Source: Hydrolagus affinis (taxonomy: Eukaryota). From it: a stretch of DNA of 64,000 nucleotides. The notes under the pieces are model-generated. The model ran no database searches and was not told where the DNA came from. It worked only from the letters and a program-made list of their open reading frames with translations. Positions 63,568-64,000 of this stretch are shown piece by piece. Both the position numbers and the translations under genes were made by a program. The stretch lies in the NCBI GenBank assembly GCA_012026655.1, contig JAAILG010001186.1:1-64000 (forward strand), given 5' to 3'. Each line of letters starts with the position of its first letter. Within the stretch, counting starts at the first letter, position 1.

Positions 63568-64000
63568 TTCAATCACGTTAATGAAAAAGCATTTATAAGG
63601 AAGCACTCATAGGTAAAAAATTATATACATCACTGACTGACAATCAAATTTACTGCAGCACTCAAGACATGTCAAAGTTATTGTTTAGGGGGCAATTCAT
63701 AGCAAACACATGTCAGAATGTTGGCATATATTGAAAGAATGTGGCTCTTTTTAGTTTACTTTCTTTCAAAGGTGGTTCACTGAAAACATTTAAAACATTG
63801 ACAAAATGATGGATGTTGTGTGGCTAAATGGTAAGCAATTGTTGAAACTGAAACTTTTCCAACAGGAAACAAACAGCTACTTCACACTACATCCATCACT
63901 AATACATTCAGTCCATTGTAAAATGAGTCTGCAGTGTCAAACAATAACAGCCTTATTCCCCACAAGAATATAAATGCTGTCTGATAGCTCTGTGCAGTCA

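Noticed and set aside
63568-64000. Search for the U12 donor (ATATCCTT) and the preceding LRMDA exon
   Set aside because: Not present in the remaining ~430 nt; it must lie beyond the window.

Overview
This is AT-rich vertebrate genomic DNA, not prokaryotic. Its repeats (tRNA-headed SINEs with (ATT)n tails, DeuSINEs, L2/CR1 LINE ends, Penelope-like palindromes) suggest a cartilaginous fish, probably the elephant shark Callorhinchus milii or a relative (inference). The window lies inside the minus-strand gene LRMDA (C10orf11). Two coding exons are present, at 63404-63543 and 53251-53377, and they splice in frame. No further exon was recognised, so positions 1-53250 appear to be one very large intron. 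The upstream exon is preceded by a U12-type branch point (TCCTTAAC) and an AC acceptor, indicating a minor-spliceosome AT-AC intron. Other highlights: two long palindromes carrying minimal hammerhead-ribozyme folds (Penelope-like LTR relics), a Tc1/mariner (pogo/Tc2-like) MITE with near-perfect TIRs, LF-SINE- and AmnSINE2-like ancient SINEs, nested insertions, and repeat-poor blocks with Pbx-Hox/Meis motif clusters that fit the LRMDA/ZNF503 regulatory block. Almost all ORFs in the supplied track are spurious. Homology and repeat-family names come from recall, not database searches, and boundaries of old repeats are approximate.
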